Assembly: GCF_057098645.1 (NCBI RefSeq)
Contig: NZ_CM169472.1
Strand: one strand, 5' to 3'
DNA length: 64,000 nucleotides
The notes under the pieces were generated by a model. The model was not told the origin of the DNA. It did not search any database and worked only from the letters and a program-made list of their open reading frames with translations. This document shows positions 41,094 to 53,467 of this stretch, piece after piece; positions within the stretch are counted from its first letter, which is position 1; each line of letters begins with the position of its first letter. Both the position numbers and the translations under genes were made by a program.

Positions 41094-41195
41094 ATGCGAA
41101 GTGAACAGATTTCTGGCTCGTCGCTCAATCCGTCTTGTCGTTTCAGTTCTGCGTACTCTCCTGTGACCAGGCAGCGAAAAGACATGAGTCGATGA
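41094..41195 (+). CDS. rhoL: rho operon leader peptide
   Basis: 33-aa ORF MRSEQISGSSLNPSCRFSSAYSPVTRQRKDMSR in the rho leader. Confidence 0.75.
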   Translation: MRSEQISGSSLNPSCRFSSAYSPVTRQRKDMSR

Positions 41196-41279
41196 CCGTA
41201 AACAGGCATGGATGATCCTGCCATACCATTCACAACATTAAGTTCGAGATTTACCCCAAGTTTAAGAACTCACACCACT

Positions 41280-42539
41280 ATGAATCTTACCGAATTAAAG
41301 AATACGCCGGTTTCTGAGCTGATCACTCTCGGCGAAAATATGGGGCTGGAAAACCTGGCTCGTATGCGTAAGCAGGACATTATTTTTGCCATCCTGAAGC
41401 AGCACGCAAAGAGTGGCGAAGATATCTTTGGTGATGGCGTACTGGAGATATTGCAGGATGGATTTGGTTTCCTCCGTTCCGCAGACAGCTCCTACCTCGC
41501 CGGTCCTGATGACATCTACGTTTCCCCTAGCCAAATCCGCCGTTTCAACCTCCGCACTGGTGATACCATCTCTGGTAAGATTCGCCCGCCGAAAGAAGGT
41601 GAACGCTATTTTGCGCTGCTGAAAGTTAACGAAGTTAACTTCGACAAACCTGAAAACGCCCGCAACAAAATCCTCTTTGAGAACTTAACCCCGCTGCACG
41701 CAAACTCTCGTCTGCGTATGGAACGTGGTAACGGTTCTACTGAAGATTTAACTGCTCGCGTACTGGATCTGGCATCACCTATCGGTCGTGGTCAGCGTGG
41801 TCTGATTGTGGCACCGCCGAAAGCCGGTAAAACCATGCTGCTGCAGAACATTGCTCAGAGCATTGCTTACAACCACCCGGATTGTGTGCTGATGGTTCTG
41901 CTGATCGACGAACGTCCGGAAGAAGTAACCGAGATGCAGCGTCTGGTAAAAGGTGAAGTTGTTGCTTCTACCTTTGACGAACCCGCATCTCGCCACGTTC
42001 AGGTTGCGGAAATGGTGATCGAGAAGGCGAAACGCCTGGTTGAGCACAAGAAAGACGTTATCATTCTGCTCGACTCCATCACTCGTCTGGCGCGCGCTTA
42101 CAACACCGTTGTTCCGGCGTCAGGTAAAGTGTTGACCGGTGGTGTGGATGCCAACGCCCTGCATCGTCCGAAACGCTTCTTCGGTGCGGCGCGTAACGTG
42201 GAAGAGGGCGGCAGCCTGACCATTATCGCGACGGCGCTTATCGATACCGGTTCTAAAATGGACGAAGTTATTTACGAAGAGTTTAAAGGTACAGGCAACA
42301 TGGAACTGCACCTCTCTCGTAAGATCGCTGAAAAACGCGTCTTCCCGGCTATCGACTACAACCGTTCCGGTACCCGTAAAGAAGAGCTGCTCACGACTCA
42401 GGAAGAACTGCAGAAAATGTGGATCCTGCGCAAAATCATTCACCCGATGGGCGAAATCGATGCAATGGAATTCCTCATTAATAAACTGGCAATGACCAAG
42501 ACCAATGACGATTTCTTCGAAATGATGAAACGCTCATAA
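41280..42539 (+). CDS. rho: transcription termination factor Rho
   Basis: Start at [14 protein letters not shown], 419 aa, Walker A PPKAGKT. Confidence 0.97.
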
Positions 42540-42554
42540 ATTTGTCTTATGCCA

Positions 42555-42590
42555 AAAACGCCACGTGTTTACGTGGCGTTTTGCTTTTAT
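42555..42590 (+). terminator. intrinsic terminator after rho
   Basis: Hairpin aaacgccacgt-gttt-acgtggcgttt followed by a T-rich run. Confidence 0.8.
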
Positions 42591-42778
42591 ATCTGTAATC
42601 TTAATGCCGCGCTGGCGATGTTAGGAAAATTCCTGGAATTTGCTGGCATGTTATGCAATTTGCATATCAAATGGTTAATTTTTGCACAGGGCTGGTGGAT
42701 TCGGAACGGACTTTCCCTTCTGAATAAAGGTCTTCGAGGTTATACTTCTGCTAATAATTTTCTCTGAGAGCATGCATT

Positions 42779-43882
42779 GTGAATTTACTGACAGTGAGTA
42801 CTGATCTCATCAGTATTTTTTTATTCACGACACTGTTTCTGTTTTTTGCCCGTAAGGTGGCAAAAAAAGTCGGTTTAGTGGATAAACCAAACTTCCGCAA
42901 ACGTCACCAGGGATTGATACCTCTCGTTGGGGGGATTTCGGTTTACGCAGGGATTTGCTTCACGTTCGGAATTGTCGATTACTATATTCCGCATGCATCT
43001 CTCTATCTCGCTTGTGCCGGTGTGCTTGTTTTCATTGGCGCGCTGGATGACCGTTTTGATATCAGCGTAAAAATCCGTGCCACCATACAGGCCGCTGTTG
43101 GCATTGTTATGATGGTGTTCGGCAAACTTTATCTCAGTAGCCTGGGTTATATCTTTGGCTCCTGGGAGATGGTGCTCGGACCGTTTGGTTACTTCCTGAC
43201 GCTATTTGCCGTCTGGGCGGCCATTAATGCGTTCAACATGGTTGATGGCATTGATGGCTTGCTGGGCGGGTTGTCCTGCGTCTCGTTTGCAGCAATCGGT
43301 ATGATTTTGTGGTTCGACGGGCAAACCAGCCTCGCAATCTGGTGCTTTGCGATGATCGCCGCCATCCTGCCATACATCATGCTTAACCTTGGTATCCTGG
43401 GTCGCCGCTACAAAGTCTTTATGGGTGATGCGGGCAGTACGCTGATTGGTTTTACCGTGATCTGGATCCTGCTCGAAACGACCCAGGGCAAAACCCATCC
43501 CATCAGCCCGGTTACCGCTTTGTGGATAATCGCCATTCCGCTAATGGATATGGTGGCGATTATGTACCGTCGCCTGCGTAAAGGCATGAGCCCATTCTCT
43601 CCTGACCGTCAGCATATTCACCATTTGATCATGCGTGCCGGGTTTACTTCCCGCCAGGCGTTTGTGCTGATTACCCTTGCCGCAGCACTGCTCGCTTCCA
43701 TTGGCGTGCTGGCAGAATATTCTCATTTTGTCCCGGAGTGGGTCATGCTGGTGCTCTTTTTGCTAGCATTCTTCCTCTATGGATATTGCATTAAGCGTGC
43801 CTGGAAAGTTGCTCGCTTTATTAAGCGCGTAAAACGCAGACTGCGTAGAAATCGTGGTGGCAGCCCCAATTTAACCAAATAA
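42779..43882 (+). CDS. wecA: UDP-GlcNAc:undecaprenyl-phosphate GlcNAc-1-phosphate transferase
   Basis: 367-aa polytopic membrane protein with GTG start; first gene of the common-antigen cluster. Confidence 0.93.
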   Translation: MNLLTVSTDLISIFLFTTLFLFFARKVAKKVGLVDKPNFRKRHQGLIPLVGGISVYAGICFTFGIVDYYIPHASLYLACAGVLVFIGALDDRFDISVKIRATIQAAVGIVMMVFGKLYLSSLGYIFGSWEMVLGPFGYFLTLFAVWAAINAFNMVDGIDGLLGGLSCVSFAAIGMILWFDGQTSLAIWCFAMIAAILPYIMLNLGILGRRYKVFMGDAGSTLIGFTVIWILLETTQGKTHPISPVTALWIIAIPLMDMVAIMYRRLRKGMSPFSPDRQHIHHLIMRAGFTSRQAFVLITLAAALLASIGVLAEYSHFVPEWVMLVLFLLAFFLYGYCIKRAWKVARFIKRVKRRLRRNRGGSPNLTK

Positions 43883-43893
43883 ATGAGGATGTG

Positions 43894-44940
43894 ATGACAC
43901 AACCAATGCCTGGGAAACCGGCCGAAGACGCTGAAAATGAACTGGATATTCGTGGGTTGTTTCGTACCTTGTGGGCTGGGAAGCTATGGATTATTGGCAT
44001 GGGGCTGGCGTTTGCGTTAATCGCGCTGGCGTATACGTTTTTTGCTCGTCAGGAGTGGAGCTCGACGGCGATTACCGATCGTCCAACGGTGAATATGCTG
44101 GGGGGATATTACTCGCAGCAGCAATTTTTGCGTAACCTGGATGTCCGTTCAAACATGGCTTCTGCCGACCAACCATCGGTCATGGACGAAGCCTATAAAG
44201 AGTTTGTTATGCAACTGGCCTCGTGGGATACCCGCAGAGAGTTCTGGCTGCAAACCGACTATTACAAGCAGCGGATGGTGGGCAACAGCAAAGCCGATGC
44301 GGCGTTGCTGGATGAAATGATTAACAACATCCAGTTTATCCCCGGAGACTTTACCCGCGCGGTCAATGACAGCGTGAAGCTTATTGCCGAAACCGCGCCT
44401 GACGCTAATAACCTGTTACGTCAGTATGTTGCTTTTGCCAGCCAGCGTGCAGCCAGCCATCTGAATGATGAGCTGAAAGGCGCATGGGCGGCACGCACCA
44501 TCCAGATGAAAGCTCAGGTGAAGCGTCAGGAAGAGGTGGCGAAAGCCATCTACGACCGCCGGATGAACAGCATTGAGCAGGCGCTGAAAATTGCTGAGCA
44601 GCATAATATTTCGCGCAGTGCGACAGATGTGCCTGCCGAGGAATTACCTGATTCAGAAATGTTCCTGCTTGGGCGTCCAATGCTCCAGGCTCGACTGGAA
44701 AATTTACAGGCCGTCGGTCCGGCCTTTGATCTCGACTATGATCAGAATCGGGCCATGTTAAACACCCTGAATGTTGGTCCAACCCTGGATCCGCGTTTTC
44801 AGACCTATCGCTATTTGCGTACGCCGGAAGAACCGGTAAAACGCGATAGCCCACGTCGTGCCTTCCTGATGATTATGTGGGGCATTGTCGGGGGGCTGAT
44901 CGGGGCTGGTGTCGCATTAACCCGCCGTTGCTCGAAATAG
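43894..44940 (+). CDS. wzzE: common-antigen chain-length regulator
   Basis: 348 aa from the second Met (MTQPMPGK); transmembrane segments at both ends. Confidence 0.9.
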   Translation: MTQPMPGKPAEDAENELDIRGLFRTLWAGKLWIIGMGLAFALIALAYTFFARQEWSSTAITDRPTVNMLGGYYSQQQFLRNLDVRSNMASADQPSVMDEAYKEFVMQLASWDTRREFWLQTDYYKQRMVGNSKADAALLDEMINNIQFIPGDFTRAVNDSVKLIAETAPDANNLLRQYVAFASQRAASHLNDELKGAWAARTIQMKAQVKRQEEVAKAIYDRRMNSIEQALKIAEQHNISRSATDVPAEELPDSEMFLLGRPMLQARLENLQAVGPAFDLDYDQNRAMLNTLNVGPTLDPRFQTYRYLRTPEEPVKRDSPRRAFLMIMWGIVGGLIGAGVALTRRCSK

Positions 44941-44995
44941 CAACACTGCTGCGGTGAGCGCAAAGGTGCTCGCCGCTTATTCGAAGAGAATCGAT

Positions 44996-46126
44996 GTGAA
45001 AGTACTGACTGTATTTGGTACGCGCCCGGAAGCCATCAAGATGGCTCCGTTGGTGCATGCGTTGGCAAAAGATCCTTTTTTTGAGGCTAAAGTTTGCGTC
45101 ACTGCGCAGCATCGGGAGATGCTCGATCAGGTGCTGAAACTCTTTTCCATTGTACCTGACTACGATCTCAACATAATGCAGCCAGGACAGGGCCTGACAG
45201 AGATAACCTGTCGGATTCTGGAAGGGCTAAAACCTATTCTTGCCGAGTTCAAACCAGACGTCGTGCTGGTTCACGGCGATACGACGACGACGCTGGCAAC
45301 CAGCCTGGCGGCGTTTTATCAGCGTATTCCTGTTGGTCACGTTGAGGCTGGTTTACGCACGGGCGATCTCTATTCGCCGTGGCCGGAAGAGGCTAACCGT
45401 ACATTGACCGGGCATCTGGCGATGTATCATTTCTCCCCAACCGAAACTTCCCGGCAAAACTTGCTGCGTGAAAACGTTGCGGATAGCCGAATCTTCATTA
45501 CCGGTAATACAGTCATTGATGCACTGTTATGGGTGCGTGACCAGGTGATGAGCAGCGACACGCTGCGTTCAGAACTGGCGGCAAATTACCCGTTTATCGA
45601 CCCCGATAAAAAGATAATTCTGGTGACCGGTCATAGGCGTGAGAGTTTCGGTCGTGGCTTTGAAGAAATCTGCCACGCGCTGGCAGACATCGCCACCACG
45701 CACCAGGACATCCAGATTGTCTATCCGGTGCATCTCAACCCGAACGTCAGAGAGCCGGTCAATCGCATTCTGGGGCATGTGAAAAATGTCATTCTGATCG
45801 ATCCCCAGGAGTATTTACCGTTTGTCTGGCTGATGAACCACGCCTGGCTGATTTTGACCGACTCAGGCGGCATTCAGGAAGAAGCGCCTTCGCTGGGGAA
45901 ACCGGTGCTGGTGATGCGCGATACCACTGAGCGTCCGGAAGCGGTGACGGCGGGTACGGTGCGTCTGGTAGGCACGGATAAGCAGCGAATTGTCGAGGAA
46001 GTGACGCGTCTTTTAAAAGACGAAAACGAATATCAAACTATGAGCCGCGCCCATAACCCGTATGGTGATGGTCAGGCATGCTCTCGCATTCTGGAAGCGT
46101 TAAAAAATAATCGGATATCACTATGA
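44996..46126 (+). CDS. wecB: UDP-N-acetylglucosamine 2-epimerase
   Basis: GTG start at [18 protein letters not shown] (376 aa); the ORF track starts 14 codons earlier. Confidence 0.9.
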   Translation: MKVLTVFGTRPEAIKMAPLVHALAKDPFFEAKVCVTAQHREMLDQVLKLFSIVPDYDLNIMQPGQGLTEITCRILEGLKPILAEFKPDVVLVHGDTTTTLATSLAAFYQRIPVGHVEAGLRTGDLYSPWPEEANRTLTGHLAMYHFSPTETSRQNLLRENVADSRIFITGNTVIDALLWVRDQVMSSDTLRSELAANYPFIDPDKKIILVTGHRRESFGRGFEEICHALADIATTHQDIQIVYPVHLNPNVREPVNRILGHVKNVILIDPQEYLPFVWLMNHAWLILTDSGGIQEEAPSLGKPVLVMRDTTERPEAVTAGTVRLVGTDKQRIVEEVTRLLKDENEYQTMSRAHNPYGDGQACSRILEALKNNRISL

Positions 46127-47385
46127 GTTTTGCGACCATTTCTGTTATCGGACTGGGTTACATCGGGCTGCCTACAGCAGCAGCGTTTGCCTCACGGCAA
46201 AAACAGGTGATTGGTGTCGATATCAACCAACACGCGGTTGATACCATCAATCGTGGCGAAATCCATATCGTCGAGCCTGATTTGGCGAGCGTAGTAAAAA
46301 CTGCCGTAGAAGGCGGTTTTTTACGAGCGAGCACGACGCCAGTTGAAGCGGATGCCTGGCTGATTGCTGTACCCACGCCGTTTAAAGGCGATCATGAGCC
46401 AGATATGACCTACGTTGAATCGGCTGCTCGCTCCATTGCGCCAGTGCTGAAAAAAGGCGCGCTGGTGATCCTTGAATCCACCTCGCCGGTGGGGTCAACC
46501 GAGAAGATGGCAGAATGGTTAGCAGAGATGCGTCCGGATCTCACTTTCCCACAGCAGGTGGGCGAGCAGGCGGACGTCAACATTGCTTACTGCCCGGAAC
46601 GCGTGTTACCGGGCCAGGTTATGGTCGAGCTGATTAAAAACGATCGCGTGATTGGTGGTATGACGCCGGTTTGTTCGGCCCGCGCCAGCGAACTGTACAA
46701 AATTTTCCTCGAAGGTGAGTGTGTCGTCACTAACTCGCGGACGGCGGAAATGTGTAAGCTCACCGAAAACAGCTTCCGCGATGTGAATATCGCTTTTGCT
46801 AATGAATTGTCGCTGATTTGTGCCGATCAGGGGATTAACGTCTGGGAACTGATTCGCCTGGCGAATCGTCACCCTCGCGTTAATATTCTTCAGCCCGGCC
46901 CTGGCGTGGGCGGTCACTGCATTGCTGTTGATCCGTGGTTTATCGTGGCACAGAACCCCCAGCAGGCGCGGCTTATCCGTACCGCGCGCGAAGTGAACGA
47001 TCACAAACCGTTCTGGGTTATCGATCAGGTGAAAGCGGCGGTGGCTGATTGCCTGGCGGCTACCGATAAACGCGCCAGTGAACTGAAAATCGCCTGCTTT
47101 GGTCTGGCGTTTAAACCGAATATTGATGACCTGCGCGAAAGCCCGGCGATGGAAATCGCTGAACTGATCGCCCAGTGGCATAGCGGCGAAACTCTGGTTG
47201 TTGAGCCTAACATCCACCAGTTGCCGAAAAAACTGACCGGGCTTTGTACTCTGGCGCAGCTTGACGAGGCGCTGGCAACGGCAGACGTGCTGGTGATGCT
47301 GGTCGATCATAGTCAGTTCAAAGTTATCAATGGCGACAATGTCCATCAGCAGTATGTCGTCGATGCCAAAGGAGTCTGGCGCTGA
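46123..47385 (+). CDS. wecC: UDP-N-acetyl-D-mannosamine dehydrogenase
   Basis: 420 aa, N-terminal Rossmann GxGxxG ([10 protein letters not shown]); 4-bp overlap with wecB. Confidence 0.95.
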   Translation: MSFATISVIGLGYIGLPTAAAFASRQKQVIGVDINQHAVDTINRGEIHIVEPDLASVVKTAVEGGFLRASTTPVEADAWLIAVPTPFKGDHEPDMTYVESAARSIAPVLKKGALVILESTSPVGSTEKMAEWLAEMRPDLTFPQQVGEQADVNIAYCPERVLPGQVMVELIKNDRVIGGMTPVCSARASELYKIFLEGECVVTNSRTAEMCKLTENSFRDVNIAFANELSLICADQGINVWELIRLANRHPRVNILQPGPGVGGHCIAVDPWFIVAQNPQQARLIRTAREVNDHKPFWVIDQVKAAVADCLAATDKRASELKIACFGLAFKPNIDDLRESPAMEIAELIAQWHSGETLVVEPNIHQLPKKLTGLCTLAQLDEALATADVLVMLVDHSQFKVINGDNVHQQYVVDAKGVWR

Positions 47386-48452
47386 TGAGAAAAATTCTGA
47401 TAACAGGTGGTGCCGGGTTTATTGGCTCGGCGCTGGTGCGTTATATCATCAACGAAACGAGCGACGCGGTGGTAGTGGTCGATAAGCTGACCTACGCCGG
47501 AAACCTGATGTCGCTGGCACCGGTCGCGCAAAGCGAGCGCTTTTCCTTTGAGAAAGTTGATATCTGCGATCGGGCAGAACTGGCGCGCGTATTCACTGAG
47601 CATCAGCCAGACTGTGTCATGCATCTGGCAGCCGAAAGCCATGTTGACCGTTCTATTGACGGCCCGGCAGCGTTTATTGAAACCAACATTGTCGGGACTT
47701 ATACATTGCTTGAAGCGGCGCGGGCTTACTGGAATGCGCTGACGGAAGATAAAAAATCAGCGTTCCGTTTTCATCATATCTCCACTGACGAAGTATATGG
47801 TGACCTGCACTCGACGGATGATTTCTTCACTGAAACCACGCCGTATGCGCCGAGCAGCCCTTATTCCGCGTCAAAAGCCAGCAGCGACCATCTGGTGCGC
47901 GCCTGGCTGCGAACCTATGGTATGCCAACGCTTATCACCAACTGCTCGAATAACTACGGTCCTTACCACTTTCCGGAAAAACTGATCCCGCTGATGATCC
48001 TCAACGCGCTGGCGGGTAAATCGCTGCCGGTATATGGCAACGGGCAGCAAATCCGTGACTGGCTGTATGTGGAAGATCACGCCCGCGCGCTGTATTGCGT
48101 GGCGACCACCGGGAAAGTCGGTGAAACCTATAATATTGGTGGTCACAACGAGCGTAAGAATCTCGATGTTGTGGAAACCATTTGCGAGCTGCTGGAAGAA
48201 CTGGCTCCGAACAAGCCGCACGGCGTGGCGCACTATCGTGACCTGATCACCTTTGTCGCTGACCGTCCGGGGCATGATCTGCGTTATGCCATTGATGCTT
48301 CGAAAATTGCCCGTGAACTTGGCTGGCTGCCGCAGGAAACCTTTGAAAGTGGAATGCGTAAAACGGTTCAGTGGTATCTGGCTAATGAAAGCTGGTGGAA
48401 GCAGGTGCAGGACGGCAGCTATCAGGGCGAGCGTTTAGGTCTGAAAGGCTAA
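47385..48452 (+). CDS. rffG: dTDP-glucose 4,6-dehydratase
   Basis: 355 aa, [11 protein letters not shown]-binding motif; 1-bp overlap with wecC. Confidence 0.95.
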   Translation: MRKILITGGAGFIGSALVRYIINETSDAVVVVDKLTYAGNLMSLAPVAQSERFSFEKVDICDRAELARVFTEHQPDCVMHLAAESHVDRSIDGPAAFIETNIVGTYTLLEAARAYWNALTEDKKSAFRFHHISTDEVYGDLHSTDDFFTETTPYAPSSPYSASKASSDHLVRAWLRTYGMPTLITNCSNNYGPYHFPEKLIPLMILNALAGKSLPVYGNGQQIRDWLYVEDHARALYCVATTGKVGETYNIGGHNERKNLDVVETICELLEELAPNKPHGVAHYRDLITFVADRPGHDLRYAIDASKIARELGWLPQETFESGMRKTVQWYLANESWWKQVQDGSYQGERLGLKG

Positions 48453-48470
48453 TTTTCAGCGGAGGCAAAC

Positions 48471-49352
48471 ATGAAAGGTATTATCCTGGCGGGCGGTTCC
48501 GGCACCCGATTGCATCCGATTACGCGCGGCGTATCGAAGCAACTGTTGCCGATTTACGATAAACCAATGATTTACTATCCGCTGTCGGTGCTGATGCTGG
48601 CCGGTATCCGCGAAATTCTCATCATCACTACGCCGGAAGATAAAGGTTATTTCCAGCGCCTGCTGGGCGATGGTAGTGAGTTCGGTATCCAGCTGGAATA
48701 TGCCGAACAGCCCAGCCCGGACGGTCTGGCGCAGGCCTTTATCATCGGTGAAACCTTCCTTAATGGTGAACCTTCTTGTCTGGTGCTGGGCGATAACATC
48801 TTCTTCGGTCAGGGCTTCAGTCCGAAGCTGCGTCATGTTGCGGCGCGCACGGAAGGGGCGACGGTTTTTGGCTATCAGGTGATGGACCCGGAACGCTTTG
48901 GCGTGGTGGAGTTTGACGACAATTTCCGCGCTATCTCGCTGGAAGAAAAGCCAAAACAGCCGAAGTCAAACTGGGCGGTGACCGGGCTTTATTTCTACGA
49001 CAGTAAAGTCGTGGAGTACGCAAAGCAGGTGAAGCCGTCGGAGCGTGGTGAACTGGAGATTACCTCCATCAACCAGATGTACCTCGAGGCGGGCAACCTG
49101 ACCGTTGAACTGCTCGGGCGCGGATTTGCCTGGCTGGACACTGGCACTCACGACAGCCTGATTGAAGCCAGCACCTTTGTACAGACGGTGGAAAAACGAC
49201 AGGGCTTTAAGATTGCCTGCCTGGAAGAGATCGCCTGGCGTAACGGCTGGCTCGATGACGAGGGTGTGAAGCGTGCTGCCAGTTCATTAGCGAAAACTGG
49301 CTACGGCCAATATCTGCTGGAGTTACTTCGTGCCCGTCCGCGCCAGTATTGA
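48471..49352 (+). CDS. rffH: glucose-1-phosphate thymidylyltransferase
   Basis: 293 aa, GGSGTRL motif. Confidence 0.95.
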
Positions 49353-50004
49353 GCCACTAACCTGGGAAAACGCCTTCTTTGGTGTTAACAGCGCCATCGT
49401 GCGCATTACGTCTGAAGCACCGCTCCTGACGCCAGACGCGTTAGCGCCGTGGTCACGGGTGCAGGCCAAAATTGCGGCATCAAATACGGGTGAACTGGAT
49501 GCCCTGCAACAGCTGGGATTCTCCCTGGTAGAAGGTGAAGTTGATTTGGCGCTACCCGTGAACAATGCCAGTGATAGCGGTGCTGTAGTGGCACAAGAGA
49601 CCGATATTCCCGCATTACGTCAGTTAGCCAGCGCCGCATTTGCGCAAAGCCGTTTTCGTGCGCCGTGGTATGCGCCTGACGCCAGCAGTCGCTTTTATGC
49701 ACAGTGGATTGAAAATGCCGTGCGCGGCACCTTTGATCATCAATGTCTGATTTTACGTGCGGCGTCCGGCGATATTCGCGGCTATGTCTCTTTACGGGAA
49801 CTCAATGCGACAGATGCGCGAATTGGCCTGCTGGCTGGACGCGGTGCAGGTGCTGAGCTGATGCAAACGGCGCTAAACTGGGCGTATGCTCGCGGTAAAA
49901 CAACTTTGCGGGTGGCGACCCAAATGGGCAACACCGCCGCGCTTAAACGATACATACAAAGTGGTGCGAATGTAGAAAGCACCGCGTACTGGTTATACAG
50001 GTGA
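49330..50004 (+). CDS. wecD: dTDP-fucosamine acetyltransferase (GNAT family)
   Basis: 224-aa ORF overlapping the rffH 3' end by 23 bp; start position uncertain, a shorter product from an internal start is possible. Confidence 0.8.
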
Positions 50005-50008
50005 TCAC

Positions 50009-51139
50009 ATGATTCCATTTAACGCACCGCCGGTGGTGGGAACCGAACTCGACTATATGCAGTCGGCAATGGGTAGCGGCAAACTGTGTGGCGATGGCGG
50101 TTTTACCCGTCGCTGCCAGCAGTGGCTGGAGCAACGTTTTGGCAGCGCCAAAGTGTTACTGACGCCGTCCTGCACCGCTTCGCTGGAGATGGCGGCGCTG
50201 CTGCTCGATATCCAGCCTGGCGATGAAGTGATCATGCCGAGCTACACCTTTGTCTCCACCGCCAATGCCTTTGTGCTGCGTGGCGCAAAAATCGTTTTTG
50301 TGGATGTTCGCCCGGACACCATGAACATCGACGAAACGCTGATTGAAGCGGCGATCACCGACAAAACGCGCGTTATCGTGCCGGTCCATTACGCGGGTGT
50401 GGCCTGCGAAATGGACACCATTATGGCGTTGGCAAAAAAGCATAATTTGTTTGTGGTAGAAGATGCCGCTCAGGGCGTGATGTCCACTTACAAAGGGCGT
50501 GCACTGGGAACCATTGGTCATATTGGCTGCTTTAGCTTCCATGAAACCAAAAACTACACGGCGGGTGGTGAAGGCGGCGCGACGCTGATTAACGATAAAG
50601 CGTTAATCGAACGAGCCGAGATCATCCGTGAAAAGGGCACTAACCGCAGCCAGTTCTTCCGTGGTCAGGTCGATAAATATACCTGGCGCGATATTGGCTC
50701 CAGCTATTTGATGTCCGATCTGCAAGCTGCGTACCTGTGGGCGCAACTGGAAGCAGCGGATCGTATCAACCAGCAACGTCTGGCGCTGTGGCAAAACTAC
50801 TACGATGCGTTAGCACCTCTGGCGAAAGCCGGGCGTATCGAGCTGCCGTCGATTCCCGATGGCTGCGTGCAGAACGCGCATATGTTCTACATTAAACTGC
50901 GGGATATTGATGACCGGAGCGCGTTGATTAACTTTCTGAAAGAAGCGGAAATTATGGCGGTGTTCCATTACATTCCGCTGCACGGTTGCCCTGCGGGGGA
51001 ACGCTTTGGTGAGTTCCACGGTGAAGATCGCTACACCACCAAAGAGAGCGAGCGCCTGCTGCGCCTGCCGCTGTTCTACAACCTGTCGCCCGTCAATCAG
51101 CGTACGGTAATTGCGACTTTGTTGAACTACTTCTCCTGA
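50009..51139 (+). CDS. wecE: dTDP-4-keto-6-deoxyglucose aminotransferase
   Basis: 376 aa, DegT/DnrJ-type PLP enzyme. Confidence 0.95.
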   Translation: MIPFNAPPVVGTELDYMQSAMGSGKLCGDGGFTRRCQQWLEQRFGSAKVLLTPSCTASLEMAALLLDIQPGDEVIMPSYTFVSTANAFVLRGAKIVFVDVRPDTMNIDETLIEAAITDKTRVIVPVHYAGVACEMDTIMALAKKHNLFVVEDAAQGVMSTYKGRALGTIGHIGCFSFHETKNYTAGGEGGATLINDKALIERAEIIREKGTNRSQFFRGQVDKYTWRDIGSSYLMSDLQAAYLWAQLEAADRINQQRLALWQNYYDALAPLAKAGRIELPSIPDGCVQNAHMFYIKLRDIDDRSALINFLKEAEIMAVFHYIPLHGCPAGERFGEFHGEDRYTTKESERLLRLPLFYNLSPVNQRTVIATLLNYFS

Positions 51140-51140
51140 T

Positions 51141-52391
51141 ATGTCGTTGGCGAAAGCGTCCTTGTGGACGGCGGCCAGTACACTGGTCAAGATTGGGGCC
51201 GGGTTACTGGTCGGTAAGTTGCTGGCGGTGTCATTTGGTCCTGCGGGGCTTGGGCTGGCGGCAAATTTCCGCCAGTTGATTACCGTGCTCGGCGTGCTTG
51301 CCGGGGCTGGCATCTTTAACGGTGTAACCAAATACGTTGCCCAGTACCATGATAATCCGCAACAGCTGCGCCGCGTGGTCGGCACTTCATCAGCGATGGT
51401 ACTTGGTTTCTCTACGCTGATGGCGCTGGTTTTTGTGCTGGCAGCAGCGCCAATCAGCCAGGGATTGTTTGGTAATACCGACTATCAGGGGCTGGTACGT
51501 TTAGTGGCGTTGGTGCAAATGGGGATTGCCTGGGGCAACCTGTTACTGGCGTTGATGAAAGGCTTTCGCGATGCCGCAGGTAATGCGTTATCTCTGATTG
51601 TTGGCAGCTTGATTGGCGTTCTTGCGTACTACGTCAGTTACCGTTTGGGCGGTTATGAAGGGGCGTTGCTGGGTCTGGCGCTGATTCCCGCGCTGGTGGT
51701 AATTCCTGCCGCCATCATGTTGATCAAACGTGGTGTCATCCCGTTAAGCTATCTGAAACCCAGCTGGGATAACGGTCTGGCAGGGCAGTTGAGCAAATTT
51801 ACGCTCATGGCGTTGATTACGTCGGTGACCTTGCCTGTTGCTTACATCATGATGCGTAAACTGCTGGCGGCGCAGTATAGCTGGGATGAAGTGGGGATCT
51901 GGCAAGGGGTGAGCAGTATTTCCGATGCCTACCTGCAATTTATTACGGCATCGTTCAGCGTATATTTACTGCCCACGTTGTCGCGGCTAACGGAAAAGCG
52001 CGATATCACCCGGGAAGTGGTTAAATCGCTGAAATTCGTCTTACCGGCAGTGGCGGCGGCGAGTTTTACCGTCTGGTTGCTGCGTGATTTTGCTATCTGG
52101 CTGCTGTTGTCGAATAAATTTACCGCTATGCGCGATCTCTTTGCCTGGCAGTTGGTGGGTGATGTGTTAAAAGTGGGCGCTTATGTCTTTGGTTATCTGG
52201 TGATCGCCAAAGCTTCACTGCGGTTTTATATTCTGGCGGAAGTCAGCCAGTTCACTTTATTGATGGTATTTGCCCACTGGCTAATCCCTGCGCATGGTGC
52301 ACTGGGCGCGGCGCAGGCCTATATGGCAACCTATATCGTCTATTTTTCTCTTTGTTGTGGCGTGTTTTTACTCTGGCGTAGGCGGGCATGA
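51141..52391 (+). CDS. wzxE: common-antigen lipid III flippase
   Basis: 416-aa polytopic membrane protein. Confidence 0.93.
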   Translation: MSLAKASLWTAASTLVKIGAGLLVGKLLAVSFGPAGLGLAANFRQLITVLGVLAGAGIFNGVTKYVAQYHDNPQQLRRVVGTSSAMVLGFSTLMALVFVLAAAPISQGLFGNTDYQGLVRLVALVQMGIAWGNLLLALMKGFRDAAGNALSLIVGSLIGVLAYYVSYRLGGYEGALLGLALIPALVVIPAAIMLIKRGVIPLSYLKPSWDNGLAGQLSKFTLMALITSVTLPVAYIMMRKLLAAQYSWDEVGIWQGVSSISDAYLQFITASFSVYLLPTLSRLTEKRDITREVVKSLKFVLPAVAAASFTVWLLRDFAIWLLLSNKFTAMRDLFAWQLVGDVLKVGAYVFGYLVIAKASLRFYILAEVSQFTLLMVFAHWLIPAHGALGAAQAYMATYIVYFSLCCGVFLLWRRRA

Positions 52392-53467
52392 CTGTACTGA
52401 TTCACGTACTGGGATCGGATATCCCTCACCATAACCGAACCGTTTTGCGGTTTTTCAATGACGCGCTGGCCGCGACGAGCGAGCACGCGCGCGAGTTTAT
52501 GGTTGTTGGCAAGGACGACGGCTTAAGTGATAGCTGTCCGGCGCTTTCTGTGCAATTTTTCCCTGGGAAAAAATCGCTGGCGGAAGCGGTCATCGCGAAA
52601 GCAAAAGCTAACCGTCAGCAGCGTTTTTTCTTCCACGGTCAGTTCAATCCCACACTGTGGCTGGCTTTGCTGAGTGGTGGCATTAAGTCCCGCCAGTTTT
52701 TCTGGCATATCTGGGGGGCAGATCTGTATGAGCTTTCCAGTGGCTTGAGATATAAGCTTTTTTACCCGCTACGTCGCCTGGCGCAAAAGCGAGTCGGCTG
52801 TGTATTTGCCACCCGCGGTGATTTGAGCTTTTTTGCCAAAACGCATCCAAAGGTGCGGGGCGAACTGCTGTACTTCCCGACGCGGATGGATCCTTCTCTC
52901 AATACGATGGCGAACGATCGGCAACGTGAAGGGAAAATGACCATTCTGGTGGGGAACTCCGGCGACCGCAGCAATGAGCATATTGCTGCCTTGCGCGCCG
53001 TTCATCAGCAATTTGGCGATACGGTAAAAGTGGTGGTGCCGATGGGATATCCGCCTAATAACGAAGCGTACATCGAGGAAGTTCGTCAGGCGGGGCTGGA
53101 GTTATTCAGCGAAGAAAATCTGCAAGTTCTGAGCGAAAAACTGGAATTTGACGCCTATCTGACGCTACTTCGTCAGTGCGATCTCGGTTACTTTATTTTT
53201 GCCCGCCAGCAGGGCATCGGCACGCTGTGCTTGTTGATTCAGGCGGGCATTCCTTGTGTGCTTAACCGGGAAAATCCGTTCTGGCAGGATATGACGGAAC
53301 AGCATTTGCCGGTGCTGTTTACTACCGACGATCTCAACGAGGATATTGTGCGTGAAGCGCAGCGCCAGTTGGCGTCGGTGGATAAAAACACCATTGCCTT
53401 CTTTAGCCCGAACTATCTGCAAGGCTGGCAGCGGGCGCTGGCTATTGCCGCCGGGGAGGTTGCATGA
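52388..53467 (+). CDS. wecF: TDP-Fuc4NAc:lipid II Fuc4NAc transferase
   Basis: 359 aa; 4-bp overlap with wzxE. Confidence 0.93.
   Translation: MTVLIHVLGSDIPHHNRTVLRFFNDALAATSEHAREFMVVGKDDGLSDSCPALSVQFFPGKKSLAEAVIAKAKANRQQRFFFHGQFNPTLWLALLSGGIKSRQFFWHIWGADLYELSSGLRYKLFYPLRRLAQKRVGCVFATRGDLSFFAKTHPKVRGELLYFPTRMDPSLNTMANDRQREGKMTILVGNSGDRSNEHIAALRAVHQQFGDTVKVVVPMGYPPNNEAYIEEVRQAGLELFSEENLQVLSEKLEFDAYLTLLRQCDLGYFIFARQQGIGTLCLLIQAGIPCVLNRENPFWQDMTEQHLPVLFTTDDLNEDIVREAQRQLASVDKNTIAFFSPNYLQGWQRALAIAAGEVA

Noticed and set aside
42549-42767. 72-aa ORF between rho and wecA
   Set aside because: It sits across the rho terminator and the wecA promoter region, has no convincing Shine-Dalgarno and no recognisable protein features.
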